Shown here piece by piece: positions 19,737 through 30,162 of a DNA stretch of 64,000 nt (its first letter is position 1; each line of letters begins with the position of its first letter). The notes beneath the pieces are model-generated. The model had not been told where the DNA came from. It searched no databases and saw only the letters and a program-made list of their open reading frames with translations. The DNA comes from a virus, in IMG/VR virus record IMGVR_UViG_3300042545_001167, positions 1 through 64,000 of that record; one strand, given 5' to 3'. Both the position numbers and the translations under genes were made by a program.

Positions 19737-21268
19737 AGTGGATTATTCAAATCAAAGTTATTCTTGATAAACTCAATCAGATCCTTATTTTTTGAAGCAA
19801 CTCCAAGACCAAAAGTATGAGTAAATGTTACTTTTGGAAGATCAAGTTCATCAAAGAATTTCTTCACGCCATATTGATTTCCATTCAGTTCTTCAATACA
19901 AGTATCGTGGAATAGTATCACACCATTTTCTTTTACAAATGGACTCCAAGTTTCATAATCGTGCTTTACTGATTCATATGCGTGATCACCATCAATATGA
20001 AGAATGTCAATTTGCTTATCCCAAGTCTTTGCAACCTCATCAAAAAGTCCTTTGATGAAAGTCACATTGTCATTCATAAACAGTTTCTCTTGCTTATTAA
20101 GAACATACTCATAAGATCCGTGATTTCCGCCAGTAAATTGGTCTCCTTCAAAAGTATCAACACCATAAACTTGTCCAATACGAGGCATCGCAAAACAGAA
20201 AGTTGAGAATCCCCAATCAACTCCAAGATCCACAGTTACTTCTGGGTTGACTTGCGTTACTAACCACTCAGCAAATCTACGGTGACCTCTCCAGCAAGAA
20301 GGAATATCTTCAAGATTGGTTAAGAATAGTTTATCAATCGCATCAATTCTTTCTGGTGATGAAAGCATATCTGGATTGAAACCAGTTGCAAAGATTGTAA
20401 GATTGGGATTATTCAATCTCTTAGAAAGTTCAAACAAGTATTGGAATGCTTGAGATAAATGAGAACCTCCCATATTCATTCCTTCACTAACTGCGTGGAA
20501 TGCATAATTCATTCCTCGTTGCATATCACCCGTATTCAGTAGAATTTGACTACAACGAATAAAAGCAAGAATTCTAAAACTATCAAAGTAAGGTTTAGAT
20601 ACGTTTAGAAACTCTTGACCATATTCAAGTGCTTTTTGGAAATTTTGAACATTATAATAATGGTTGAAAATAAACCAAATCCAATACCAATTAGTTGGGT
20701 CTTTTTTATACTCCCTTTCGCAAATATTAAAATAGAATAATTCCTTATCTACAGTCTTATTAATCTTCTTAGTAATCTTAATGGTAGTATCTACACCAAC
20801 TTCATTCGGATATTCTTCTGTTGGAATAAAGTTTGGAACTTCGTGAACAGCATTCACCCAAGTATAATTCTTGGTTCTATGAAGACGAGTATGAACCTCA
20901 TTAGATTGAACAGGTTCATCACCACCATTATCATCATATCTCAAATGTCTGAATGTGGTAAATTCCCCAGCAATAACACCAAAACCTTCTGGATGAAACT
21001 CAGCAACATCCTCATTAAAATCAAGTGCAAATGCCCAATCAGTTTCTACATAAGAAAGTGCCTGATTTCTTGCAACTGAAAAATCAAACTCCTCACGAGT
21101 TTGTGGATGCTCATAAACTTTAACACCAGCATCTTTCAGCAGTTGAACTGTATCATCTGTACTTCCAGTATCAACTACAACTACATCATCAAACTTCTCT
21201 GCATTCTTGAGAAACTTTTCAATATTCTTTTCTTCGTTCTTTGCAATTGCGTATAGTGTAACTTTCAT
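19733..21268 (-). CDS. Glycosyltransferase family 2 + TPR-like + class I SAM methyltransferase fusion
   Basis: AKNEEKNI, VVDTGSTDDT, FSVARNQAL, VHE (GT2); VDLGVDWGFS, DILHIDGDHAYE, FHDT (Methyltransf_24). Start placed at MKVTLY. Confidence 0.85.
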   Translation of the reverse strand: MKVTLYAIAKNEEKNIEKFLKNAEKFDDVVVVDTGSTDDTVQLLKDAGVKVYEHPQTREEFDFSVARNQALSYVETDWAFALDFNEDVAEFHPEGFGVIAGEFTTFRHLRYDDNGGDEPVQSNEVHTRLHRTKNYTWVNAVHEVPNFIPTEEYPNEVGVDTTIKITKKINKTVDKELFYFNICEREYKKDPTNWYWIWFIFNHYYNVQNFQKALEYGQEFLNVSKPYFDSFRILAFIRCSQILLNTGDMQRGMNYAFHAVSEGMNMGGSHLSQAFQYLFELSKRLNNPNLTIFATGFNPDMLSSPERIDAIDKLFLTNLEDIPSCWRGHRRFAEWLVTQVNPEVTVDLGVDWGFSTFCFAMPRIGQVYGVDTFEGDQFTGGNHGSYEYVLNKQEKLFMNDNVTFIKGLFDEVAKTWDKQIDILHIDGDHAYESVKHDYETWSPFVKENGVILFHDTCIEELNGNQYGVKKFFDELDLPKVTFTHTFGLGVASKNKDLIEFIKNNFDLNNPL

Positions 21269-21951
21269 AAGTATGTGCTCCAATCAATACAAGGTGATAA
21301 AAATTGTGAATGACAATGTGTAGAATAACCAGGAATACTTGAGATTAAATTCCTCCCTTTCTTATGTAGTTCTAAAAATTTACCGTGGTCTGCAGAAGGT
21401 TCAAATCCTGTTGAGAAGTGTCTATGAATTTCTTTATCTTCTTTGAGTGTTTTGAATTTTACTGCAAAAGTATTTGTTGTTGAAGGAGTTGGCATCCAAT
21501 GAGAATATTTTGTTGCTAGAACTTTAGTCATAAAGTCCTTATACATCTCCTGATACTTATCTCCGTGGTCGTACAAGGTTGCGTACTGAACTGGAAGAGT
21601 AAATGCATCTATGAGAGCCCTATCCCATTCTGGACGGTGTACATAGTCATCTTCAAGAAAATAGATGATTGTATCATCATCAAAGTCTTGAGAAAGAATA
21701 TGGTCTAGTGTCTTACAAAAACTAGAACTTTCTTTACCACAGTTAATTGTGATTGAACTTTCATCTTTGAGGAAAGTGTCTTCTTGCTTTCCATAACACT
21801 CATCAAAGATGATTGTGTAGTTGGTGGTTTCTTGGTTGAGTGTATTCTTGAAATTCTGGAATACCTTTTCTTTATCCCACCAATCTGGACGATTTGCTCC
21901 AGAAAGATTAACTTTGGATGTATAACAATGTCTTAAAAATACTTCAATCAT
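21265..21951 (-). CDS. GT-A fold glycosyltransferase-like protein
   Basis: IIYFLEDDYVH motif; PGYSTH. Confidence 0.6.
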   Translation of the reverse strand: MIEVFLRHCYTSKVNLSGANRPDWWDKEKVFQNFKNTLNQETTNYTIIFDECYGKQEDTFLKDESSITINCGKESSSFCKTLDHILSQDFDDDTIIYFLEDDYVHRPEWDRALIDAFTLPVQYATLYDHGDKYQEMYKDFMTKVLATKYSHWMPTPSTTNTFAVKFKTLKEDKEIHRHFSTGFEPSADHGKFLELHKKGRNLISSIPGYSTHCHSQFLSPCIDWSTYL

Positions 21952-22730
21952 ATATTAAATTTATCATAAAGTTTAGTGTTTTCTTCACCAATCACTTCTT
22001 CAGGAGGTGGTGAAGTTCTTTGAAGTTTTGAACGAATTTGATGAAGATTATCAAGACCCCATTCGTGGTCTTTGTCTTCCTTGCAGGTATTTAGAATGTC
22101 CGAAAAATCGTGCGAATGAGATTCTATTCCCAGAAACTCATAGATTTTATTCAGTTCTCTTTCTGGTTTTTGTGTAAGATCATTATAATCTACTAGATGA
22201 ATATTTGATCTGTTATGTGTCAATCCATAAACCAAACTTTCATAAGGATCGCAGACATAATTCTTCCAAAGACATTCAATACGATTATCTGTTGTAATTG
22301 GTTTTCCTTCTCTTCTTAAATGAGCATCTACAAAATTATCTGCTTCATTATTTCTTTGAATGAGTAGAATGTAAGAAGCAAGAACTTCACTTATTCTGCG
22401 ATTGGTTGCTATAATCTTTGGAGTTTGATGTAGAAACTTTTCAATAGAAGGTACATTCTTACACCAACCACGATGCTTATCAAGGATGTAAGGTTTCTCT
22501 ACGTGATTATAAAAGTTTTCTAGAATTGAATTATAAGTATTGTATTGAATTTGTTGCTTATCATAAGTGTGTTGAAGATCTAGTTTAGAGAAACCTTCAT
22601 CAATCCAACAAAGCAAATCCGCAAGTGGCGATGTTGGAGTTGCTTGTAGTTTTGGATGTTGTGAAAGAATTGATCCAAGTAAAGTAGAACCTGATCTTGG
22701 AAGACCAGAAAGAAAAAATAATGTTTTCAT
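21948..22730 (-). CDS. Sulfotransferase family protein
   Basis: PAPS-binding loop GLPRSGSTLL, DKHR, R...EVLAS, VDYNDL..KPE..L..IYEFLG. Confidence 0.85.
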   Translation of the reverse strand: MKTLFFLSGLPRSGSTLLGSILSQHPKLQATPTSPLADLLCWIDEGFSKLDLQHTYDKQQIQYNTYNSILENFYNHVEKPYILDKHRGWCKNVPSIEKFLHQTPKIIATNRRISEVLASYILLIQRNNEADNFVDAHLRREGKPITTDNRIECLWKNYVCDPYESLVYGLTHNRSNIHLVDYNDLTQKPERELNKIYEFLGIESHSHDFSDILNTCKEDKDHEWGLDNLHQIRSKLQRTSPPPEEVIGEENTKLYDKFNI

Positions 22731-22746
22731 AATAAAGAATAATATT

Positions 22747-23934
22747 TTATTGGTAACTATCTATGTATGTGGTTGCTGCTGTATGAGATACACAAGCAAC
22801 TTGTTTCCAGTTGGTTCCTCCTGCGAATGTGGTGACTGGCGTGAGTCTAGTGCTTGTATTATTAATTCCTAGTTGTCCAGCACCATTATTCGCACCCCAA
22901 GTCCATAAAGTTCCATCAGTTTTGATTGCCGCACAATGACCACTACCAGCAGCAACTTGTTTCCAGTTGGTTCCTCCTGCAAATGTGGTGACTGGAGTGA
23001 GTCTTTGGGTTGTTGTATTGTCTCCTAGACTTCCATAATTATACCCCCAAGTCCATAAAGTTCCATCAGTTTTGATTGCCGCACTATGACCACTACCACA
23101 AGCAACTTGTTTCCAGTTGGTTCCTCCTGCAAATGTGGTGACTGGAGTGAGTCTTTGGGTTGTTGTATTGTCTCCTAGTTGTCCATTAGAATTATCTCCC
23201 CAAGTCCATAAAGTTCCATCATTCTTGATTGCCGCATTATAAAACGTATAAGACGCTTTAGCAGCAACTTGTTTCCAGTTGGTTCCTCCTGCAAATGTAG
23301 TAACTGGAGTGGATCTAGTGGTTGTTGTATTGTTTCCTAGTTGTCCACTACTATTATTACCCCAAGTCCATAGGGTTCCATCAGTTTTGACTGCTATTGT
23401 ATGATCATATCCACAAGCAACTTGTTTCCAGTTGGTTCCTCCTGTAAATGTTGTGACTGGAGTGTTTATTTGGGTTGGTGTATTGATTCCTAGTTCTCCA
23501 TAAGCATTGCGTCCCCAAGTCCATAAGGTTCCATCAGTCTTGATTGCTGCTGTATGTTTAACTCCACAAGAAACTTGTTTCCAGTTGGTTCCTCCGTTGA
23601 ATGTGGTGATTGGAATTTGACTGGATGAACCATCTACTCCTAGTTGTCCACTATAATTAACTCCCCAAGTCCATAAGGTTCCATCAGTCTTGATTGCTGC
23701 TGTGTGAAAACTTCCAGTAGCAACTTGTTTCCAGTTTGTTCCACCAGCAAATGTGGTGACTGGAGTGCGTCTATTGGTTGAATCATTGGTTCCTAAAAAT
23801 CCATTACCCTCGAAGGGGTCATCATTAGAACCCCAAGTAAATAAAGTCCCTTGCCTAAAAGCCTCAGCAGGTACAAAGACATCATCAAAAGAATATACTT
23901 GACCACCTTCCGTATAGTTGTAAAAAGTAGGCAT
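22747..23934 (-). CDS. RCC1/BLIP-II-type 7-bladed beta-propeller protein (paralogue C)
   Basis: Seven TPVTTFAGGTNWKQV..G..H.AAIKTDGTLWTWG.N..GQLG repeats. Confidence 0.85.
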   Translation of the reverse strand: MPTFYNYTEGGQVYSFDDVFVPAEAFRQGTLFTWGSNDDPFEGNGFLGTNDSTNRRTPVTTFAGGTNWKQVATGSFHTAAIKTDGTLWTWGVNYSGQLGVDGSSSQIPITTFNGGTNWKQVSCGVKHTAAIKTDGTLWTWGRNAYGELGINTPTQINTPVTTFTGGTNWKQVACGYDHTIAVKTDGTLWTWGNNSSGQLGNNTTTTRSTPVTTFAGGTNWKQVAAKASYTFYNAAIKNDGTLWTWGDNSNGQLGDNTTTQRLTPVTTFAGGTNWKQVACGSGHSAAIKTDGTLWTWGYNYGSLGDNTTTQRLTPVTTFAGGTNWKQVAAGSGHCAAIKTDGTLWTWGANNGAGQLGINNTSTRLTPVTTFAGGTNWKQVACVSHTAATTYIDSYQ

Positions 23935-23935
23935 T

Positions 23936-24304
23936 TTAGAGAACTTCCCAGATATGATTGTTTAAATACAAAACTGGAGTGTTCATCTTAATACTCCACT
24001 CCTTAAAATATTCTAATATATCTGTATTTATCTCTTTTCCCATTAAAGTCAATCTCAAATACTGACCATTCTCATTATTTTCAACAGAAGCAAGAACTCC
24101 GCATTTATCAGGTCTCAGTTCTTCTGATATTAATTCTTGAGACCAAGCACAAAAATACCCCTCACATACCTTCGGTCTTGCCTTATGAACACTACATCCA
24201 CTTTCACATAAGAATTTGCAGGACTTTCCACCACCAAACTCATAACCATAAGCACTTCCTTTTAACCAAGTGCAGCAAGCAGTACAGTCTCCACAGGGTC
24301 TCAT
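23936..24304 (-). CDS. Cys-cluster (CxxCxxCC, YkgJ-like) putative Fe-S/Zn protein
   Basis: CGDCTACC, CKFL...GCSVH..RP.VC..YFC. Confidence 0.7.
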   Translation of the reverse strand: MRPCGDCTACCTWLKGSAYGYEFGGGKSCKFLCESGCSVHKARPKVCEGYFCAWSQELISEELRPDKCGVLASVENNENGQYLRLTLMGKEINTDILEYFKEWSIKMNTPVLYLNNHIWEVL

Positions 24305-25005
24305 AAGTATTCTACCTCTTTAAAGTAATAAGTATAAGGTTCATAATCACTCATACCTTTCTTTAATGGAATTGGATGATTGTCTGCAATATAATCATCT
24401 TGTCCATATTCCATAAAAGATTTTGCTTTTGCATTCTTATTAGTTCCTATCCAGAACTCTCTATCAAAACGATAATCAGTATTCAAATAATTATGGTCTA
24501 GTGTTTGAATATAAGATGCATTTGCCCACCAGAAGTTTCCGCAATAACAACTTATACCCTCATTAGAAGTAATAGACCCATCGCCCCATATAGTTGGCCC
24601 TAGTGGTTTAAATGTCTGTCCAACACAATCATAATCATTTAGATACTCTACACATTCTTTCCATTTATCAATTACAAAATATTCCATCATCAATCTCCAA
24701 GAATTGGCAACAAGAGTTTCTTTACTTGTTCCCTTCATATGAAAATATAAAATCTTATAATCTGGATTTTCATATGCAAAGTTCTTGAGTGCAATTAGAG
24801 TTTCTGTTTCTTCTTTCCAGTTACTGTTATAAACAACTTTTGCTTTTTCCGGAACATTAAACATTTCCTGGTCACCATTCACTCCAATATGAATATAATC
24901 GGCAGCATCAATTAATCCAGAACAATACAACCTATGAATTTGAGATTGATAGACAAAAGCACTCATACCAGATTGAAAGGTATGATAGAAGATTGCAATT
25001 TTCAT
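24301..25005 (-). CDS. Putative glycosyltransferase-like protein
   Basis: ILYFHMKG, WR..MEYF, GNFWWA, E.WIG motifs found in phage polysaccharide-tailoring proteins. Confidence 0.5.
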   Translation of the reverse strand: MKIAIFYHTFQSGMSAFVYQSQIHRLYCSGLIDAADYIHIGVNGDQEMFNVPEKAKVVYNSNWKEETETLIALKNFAYENPDYKILYFHMKGTSKETLVANSWRLMMEYFVIDKWKECVEYLNDYDCVGQTFKPLGPTIWGDGSITSNEGISCYCGNFWWANASYIQTLDHNYLNTDYRFDREFWIGTNKNAKAKSFMEYGQDDYIADNHPIPLKKGMSDYEPYTYYFKEVEYL

Positions 25006-25769
25006 AATGAGAACCTATCTCCATCCATACCTTTGATTAAATCTAGACCAAGAACAGGAACATTTAGAATTTTATCCCTATCAATAAAATGATAGAAAGA
25101 GTGTTCAATATCAATTCCAGCAGTCAGTTGAATTGCTCTTTCCATATACTGAAAACTTCTTTGAAGAACACTAAAAATATCATTAAATAAGAATCTATCA
25201 AAGGACCACAACCCAGTCACGACACTTCCTTTGCACCCATAAAGAAGTGAGTAAATGTTTTCAATATCTTCAAATCTTTCCTCATAATCATAATACTTCA
25301 TCACATACTTATTTGTTAAAAACCTAGTCTTATAGTCATTAATATCAAAGTATTCGTTCAGTTTATATCTACCACTTAACTTGAATACTCTGGTTACATC
25401 ACTAAAGACATTATGTTCTACCATATGTTGAAGAACAAGTTCTAAACATCTACACTCAAGCATAGACTTTACAAATGTAAATTTATCTGGGTCTCTATGA
25501 ACATTTTCATAGAGTGACTTCATATATGGGTCATTTCCACACTCAAGAAATAAATCAGACTTTTCTCTTAAGATGTCTTTGTATTCTTCTTTAATAGAAG
25601 TTTCTGATGCTTCATAGATTAAAACATAAGCATCAGGAGATTTATCTCTAATAGATTGAATGGTGTCTAATGTCTGCTGAAATCTTTCTTCTGCTTTGAA
25701 AGCACTTATATGTTCTTCGTTGAAATGATTGATTGCAGACCCAACTAAAAACAAAAACTTATAGTTCAT
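25002..25769 (-). CDS. Hypothetical protein, possibly glycosyltransferase-related
   Basis: ERFQQTL.TI.SIR, FKLSGRY, DIEH motifs; position within the GT cluster. Confidence 0.45.
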   Translation of the reverse strand: MNYKFLFLVGSAINHFNEEHISAFKAEERFQQTLDTIQSIRDKSPDAYVLIYEASETSIKEEYKDILREKSDLFLECGNDPYMKSLYENVHRDPDKFTFVKSMLECRCLELVLQHMVEHNVFSDVTRVFKLSGRYKLNEYFDINDYKTRFLTNKYVMKYYDYEERFEDIENIYSLLYGCKGSVVTGLWSFDRFLFNDIFSVLQRSFQYMERAIQLTAGIDIEHSFYHFIDRDKILNVPVLGLDLIKGMDGDRFSL

Positions 25770-26439
25770 AAAAACACGATGAATGATGTGGAATGATTTT
25801 TTGGTCTTCTAATATATTATTTACACGAGTTGTCCAAAGGTCTGGAATTGAATCTTTAAATCTACTAATTCTAAAATAATGCCAGGTTGCTGGATATAAA
25901 GTTCCTGTTCCATACATTCCATAACCAGAAAGTTTATATTCTTCAGGACCATCATAACCAACTGGATACATTAACTGATAAGACATTCCAATTTGGTCTG
26001 CTCTTAAAGTTAAAAGTTGTGCAGTATCTATCTGTACTCCATTTTGCATAAACCAAGAAAAGTCTGGATTACCTAATGTATTCCAAGCATCTTTTGTTAC
26101 AATCAAACAAGAAGCAGCCGCATAGATGTGATTTCTCATTTGTGTATGAGAAATATTTTGAGCATTGCCCACAAATGATTGATTTTCTACTGCCCAGGAA
26201 TATGCTTTCTCCAGAAGTTCTTTGTTGTGAGGAAGACAATCAATATCCAAAAAACAAGCAACCTCTTCCTTTTCCATCACAGAAGTCATAAACTTTCCGT
26301 GAGCAGTATAAACACCCTCATAATCAGTAAATTCTTCACTATGATATTGAACTTCAATACCTATATGATTACAAACTTTTTTATGGTCTTCTATCAGTTG
26401 CTTAGGAAGGTTATCTGTATAAAATGTATGAAATTTCAT
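25759..26439 (-). CDS. Putative nucleotide-diphospho-sugar transferase (DxD)
   Basis: CFLDIDCLP DxD motif; cluster context. Confidence 0.5.
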   Translation of the reverse strand: MKFHTFYTDNLPKQLIEDHKKVCNHIGIEVQYHSEEFTDYEGVYTAHGKFMTSVMEKEEVACFLDIDCLPHNKELLEKAYSWAVENQSFVGNAQNISHTQMRNHIYAAASCLIVTKDAWNTLGNPDFSWFMQNGVQIDTAQLLTLRADQIGMSYQLMYPVGYDGPEEYKLSGYGMYGTGTLYPATWHYFRISRFKDSIPDLWTTRVNNILEDQKIIPHHSSCFYEL

Positions 26440-26894
26440 AGGTAATCTGTATTAAAACTAATAATAATTCGTTCTTCTGTTTCTTCTTCTGTATAATGAA
26501 CCAAATCACTTGAGAAGATGACTAATAATCCTGGATAAGGATTGATTGATGTATCTGGAAATATTAAAGGAGTTTTTCCAGAAATATAAAATGCTCCACT
26601 TACAATACTTTCTTCGTGCTTATGTGCTTTGAGTTTATTTCCTGGTTGTGAAATATTGAACCAACTGTTGATAAACTTGAGTGGAGGAATCTCATACTTA
26701 TTGCAATACAATCTCACATATTGTTTGATTGTATTTTTTAATCCAGTTAATTCTGGATACATTAGAACAGGCATTCCGTGATTATAAGTAGAAGCACCTT
26801 TGCTTACAAGTCCGTGAGAATTGGTTTCTATCTGTAAAAGTTTACTCTTAATAGTATTGAGATTCAGAAAAGATAAATCATACTCCTCTATCAT
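26436..26894 (-). CDS. 2OG-Fe(II) oxygenase-like protein (TIGR02466 type)
   Basis: SWFN, HKH, VSGAFY, GLLVIFSSDLVH, RIIISFN. Confidence 0.7.
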   Translation of the reverse strand: MIEEYDLSFLNLNTIKSKLLQIETNSHGLVSKGASTYNHGMPVLMYPELTGLKNTIKQYVRLYCNKYEIPPLKFINSWFNISQPGNKLKAHKHEESIVSGAFYISGKTPLIFPDTSINPYPGLLVIFSSDLVHYTEEETEERIIISFNTDYL

Positions 26895-28227
26895 TCATAA
26901 ACTCTCCAAACTCTTTAATTGGTGCATCCCAGGTTCTTGGTTTCTTTTGTCTGAATAGATGAACATTATCCCCATACCACATAGATTTTCCTGTTGAACT
27001 TGTCCAAACATAATATTCCATAATAGGAACAAAGACACAGACTTCTTTACCTAATGATGCTGCAACGTGAGATACAAAACTACAAGAAGTCACAACCATA
27101 TCAAGGTTCTTAATGATAGAGAATGTATCAGCAAATTCTCTACCTTGAACTGATAGTGATTGTTTGATTTCTGGATACTCATTAGCATCCTTATTATCAC
27201 TATGAGTTTGTAATGAATATAACGAGTATCCTTTATTTCCAAGAACACTCATATAGTCTTTAAGTTCTACACTTCTAAATGAGTTCTGTTCAAATCCAGA
27301 ACTAGATGCCCAGAACATTCCAATTTTGTATTCAGTATCTTCCTGCATCCATTTCCATTTCTCATCATACTTTGGAATGGTTTGAAGATAAGGTTCTTGT
27401 CCCAAATCTTCTATTGTTAGATTGAGATAATAAGGAAGTGCAAGTCCATAAACCCAACAGGAATCTTTAGGAAACTCTGGATTGTCATAAACACAAACAG
27501 CATCATATCCATTATGTTGAAAGAGTTCTACAAGTTCTCTTCTGGTTGAACTCCAGATAGGTTTCATTCCAAGTTCTTTGAGATGCTTCATAAACCTGAT
27601 ATGAATCACTTCATCACCAGCACCACATTCATTATCTACAATAATAGTTCTTCCAGGTGTGATGGTTCCATCCCATTTCTCATATTCAGGAAGTTTTCTA
27701 TTCTTATATGCTTCTACTTCTCCTGCTTTGAGAAAATGTTGAAGTCCTGTACGAATATCATTCTTGCGGAAATAATGTCCAGATAAGTTGTGATATGCTT
27801 TTCTTTCAATTTCTTCTGGTAGTTTCTTTTGAAGAAGATTGAATAAAAGTTTTTCTGATTTTTCTTTTTGATTAATTGCAGAATAAGCAAAAGTTTCCTC
27901 AAGAAGAAGTTCAGTATCTTGAGGATTTTGTGATTTGATTTTTGAAATTTGTGTTATTGCTTTTTCTGGATAGTTGTTTTGATTATAAGCATTAATCAAA
28001 TTCTTTGTAGTGATATAAAGTTCTTCTTTTGACTTTGCTAATTTAAGACCTTTTTCTCCATACTCAATTGCTTTGGAGAAGTTCTTGAGTTCAAAGAAGC
28101 ACTTTGCAATCTCATCATATTGTGAGAATACTTGTGCTCTTTTACCAAAAGCATCTAGAAGTTCAAATGTAAGTTGATGTTCTTGAAAGGAATATAATGT
28201 TTTTGCAACTAACTCAATGGGGTTCAT
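26878..28227 (-). CDS. TPR-containing glycosyltransferase family 9-like protein
   Basis: N-terminal TPRs; W.G, ECGAGDEVIHIRF, LYSLQ, FADT..II.NLDMVVT, HVAASLG, WY..V.LFRQ. Confidence 0.75.
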   Translation of the reverse strand: MNPIELVAKTLYSFQEHQLTFELLDAFGKRAQVFSQYDEIAKCFFELKNFSKAIEYGEKGLKLAKSKEELYITTKNLINAYNQNNYPEKAITQISKIKSQNPQDTELLLEETFAYSAINQKEKSEKLLFNLLQKKLPEEIERKAYHNLSGHYFRKNDIRTGLQHFLKAGEVEAYKNRKLPEYEKWDGTITPGRTIIVDNECGAGDEVIHIRFMKHLKELGMKPIWSSTRRELVELFQHNGYDAVCVYDNPEFPKDSCWVYGLALPYYLNLTIEDLGQEPYLQTIPKYDEKWKWMQEDTEYKIGMFWASSSGFEQNSFRSVELKDYMSVLGNKGYSLYSLQTHSDNKDANEYPEIKQSLSVQGREFADTFSIIKNLDMVVTSCSFVSHVAASLGKEVCVFVPIMEYYVWTSSTGKSMWYGDNVHLFRQKKPRTWDAPIKEFGEFMNDRGV

Positions 28228-28251
28228 ATAAAATAATGTATTTGAAGGTAT

Positions 28252-29499
28252 TTAGATACCTTGTAAATCATCTGAAGTTCTTATTGCCGACATGTTCACT
28301 GCATTAGAAGAAATTTGTTTCCAATTAGTTCCTCCGAATATTATGACTGGTGAACATATTGGGGTTATTGCGCTACTAGTTCCTAACTGACCATAAGCAT
28401 TGCGACCCCAACCCCACAAAGTTCCATCAGTTTTGATTGCTGCCGTAGTCCCTTCTCCCATAGAAACTTGTTTCCAGTTCGTTCCTCCAGCAAATGTAGT
28501 TACTGGAGTAAGTTTAATACTTACATCACTGCCAGTCCCCAAAGTTCCGGAATTAACTCCCCAAACCCATAAAGTTCCATCAGTTTTGATTGCAGATGAA
28601 GAAAATCCACCTTCGCAAGAAACTTGTTTCCAGTTGGTTCCTCCTGCAAATGTTGTGCCTGGTGTAGGTCTATTAGTTGTATTATTGGTTCCCAGTTGCC
28701 CTAAATTATTATACCCCCAACCCCACAAAGTTCCATCGGTTTTGATTGCTGAAACAAATTGTCCTCCACAAGAAACTTGTTTCCAGTTGTTTCCTCCTGC
28801 AAATGTGGTGACTGGAGTCACTCTATTGGTTGTTGTATTGTCTCCGAGTTGCCCATAAGCATTGCGACCCCAAGTCCATAAAGTTCCATCAGTCTTGATT
28901 GCTGCAGTGCATCCCATGAATACATCATATGGATTACATCCACAAGAAACTTGTTTCCAGTTGGTTCCTCCTGCAAATGTGGTGACTGGAGTGAGTCTAG
29001 TGGATGATGTATTGTCTCCTAGCCGACCATTACTATTAAGTCCCCAAGTCCATAAGGTTCCATCAGTTTTGATTGCTGCAGAATGACTACGAGAAACAGA
29101 AACTTGTTTCCAATTGGTTCCTCCAGCAAATGTTGTGGATGGTGAGGGCCATGAAAAAGACCCACCGTTATTATTCCCCAGAATCCCGTCTTGTCCCCAA
29201 CCCCAAGTCCATAGTGTTCCATCAAGTTTGATTGCTCCAGTGATGGCATTACCGACACCTGAACAAGAAACTTGTCTCCAATTTGCTCCTCCCCCAATAG
29301 TTGTAACTGGAGTCACTCTATTGGTTGTTGTATTGTCTCCGAGTTGTCCAGCACTGTTACGACCCCAACTCCATAATTCTGGAGTAATCAACTGATTTGC
29401 AATCTGCGGATACACAGTCATCAAGTATTCTTTGGTAATTAATACATTACCTAAATCAAGACCACTACTGTTTTTAAAGTTGGTATTAGGATTAGGCAT
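28252..29499 (-). CDS. RCC1/BLIP-II-type 7-bladed beta-propeller protein (paralogue B)
   Basis: Seven GGTNWKQV...AIKTDGTLW.WG repeats; start placed at ATG 29499. Confidence 0.85.
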   Translation of the reverse strand: MPNPNTNFKNSSGLDLGNVLITKEYLMTVYPQIANQLITPELWSWGRNSAGQLGDNTTTNRVTPVTTIGGGANWRQVSCSGVGNAITGAIKLDGTLWTWGWGQDGILGNNNGGSFSWPSPSTTFAGGTNWKQVSVSRSHSAAIKTDGTLWTWGLNSNGRLGDNTSSTRLTPVTTFAGGTNWKQVSCGCNPYDVFMGCTAAIKTDGTLWTWGRNAYGQLGDNTTTNRVTPVTTFAGGNNWKQVSCGGQFVSAIKTDGTLWGWGYNNLGQLGTNNTTNRPTPGTTFAGGTNWKQVSCEGGFSSSAIKTDGTLWVWGVNSGTLGTGSDVSIKLTPVTTFAGGTNWKQVSMGEGTTAAIKTDGTLWGWGRNAYGQLGTSSAITPICSPVIIFGGTNWKQISSNAVNMSAIRTSDDLQGI

Positions 29500-30145
29500 C
29501 TCCAACTACTCCAGGTCTTTTTATAGCAGGAACAATCTCTACTTCATAAACTTCTTCTTTAGTTTCACAAGCATCAATCTCTTGAAGTTTTGCAAGTTCC
29601 CAATCATATGCTTCTTGGACTTTTGTATCCACTGCTTGAATAATGGTTTGTAAATCTTCTGTTGTAATTTGCAACCAAGTTCCATTATCAAACTTAAAGT
29701 TATGAGGTCCAGGTCCAGCAATATATTTTGCAATAAGTGCTAGACGATTTTCTCTATCTGTTGATACTGTAATTCCAGAATTATTAATAGTAACTTCAAT
29801 TGATGTATTTTCTCTTCTTTGTCTTTCTGGTTTTACACCTAATTTATATTCTTCTTTAATTTGCCCAAGTGTTTTATCTTCAACAGTATAAACAAAGACT
29901 ACTTCATCATCTGCAATTGTATGACTTGTTTGAGATGCTGTTTGAAATCTTGGATTATACTCTGGGATCTCATTTCTTGCAGGAAGAATCTTAATATCCT
30001 CTGTGATCACAATAGGAACATTTTGATAATCTTGTGAAGTCACTCTATAATCTACTTCAAGTTCTTCTAGTTCATCATTAATCATTCTATAGTTGAATGC
30101 GATTGGTCCTAAAAGTAATTCCTGACCATTAACGAGTGCGTACAT
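29492..30145 (-). CDS. DUF4376-like tail fibre assembly/associated protein
   Basis: R..RENTSI.V, STDRE, (W/F)KF, L..I...V...VQ.A..WE pattern. Confidence 0.55.
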   Translation of the reverse strand: MYALVNGQELLLGPIAFNYRMINDELEELEVDYRVTSQDYQNVPIVITEDIKILPARNEIPEYNPRFQTASQTSHTIADDEVVFVYTVEDKTLGQIKEEYKLGVKPERQRRENTSIEVTINNSGITVSTDRENRLALIAKYIAGPGPHNFKFDNGTWLQITTEDLQTIIQAVDTKVQEAYDWELAKLQEIDACETKEEVYEVEIVPAIKRPGVVGDA

Positions 30146-30162
30146 ATGACTTTTTTAATTAT

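Noticed and set aside
22790-23770. CRISPR-like array (constant blocks alternating with variable spacers)
   Set aside because: Repeats are in-frame coding RCC1 blades of about 150-165 nt period with two different constant blocks; no cas genes or leader.
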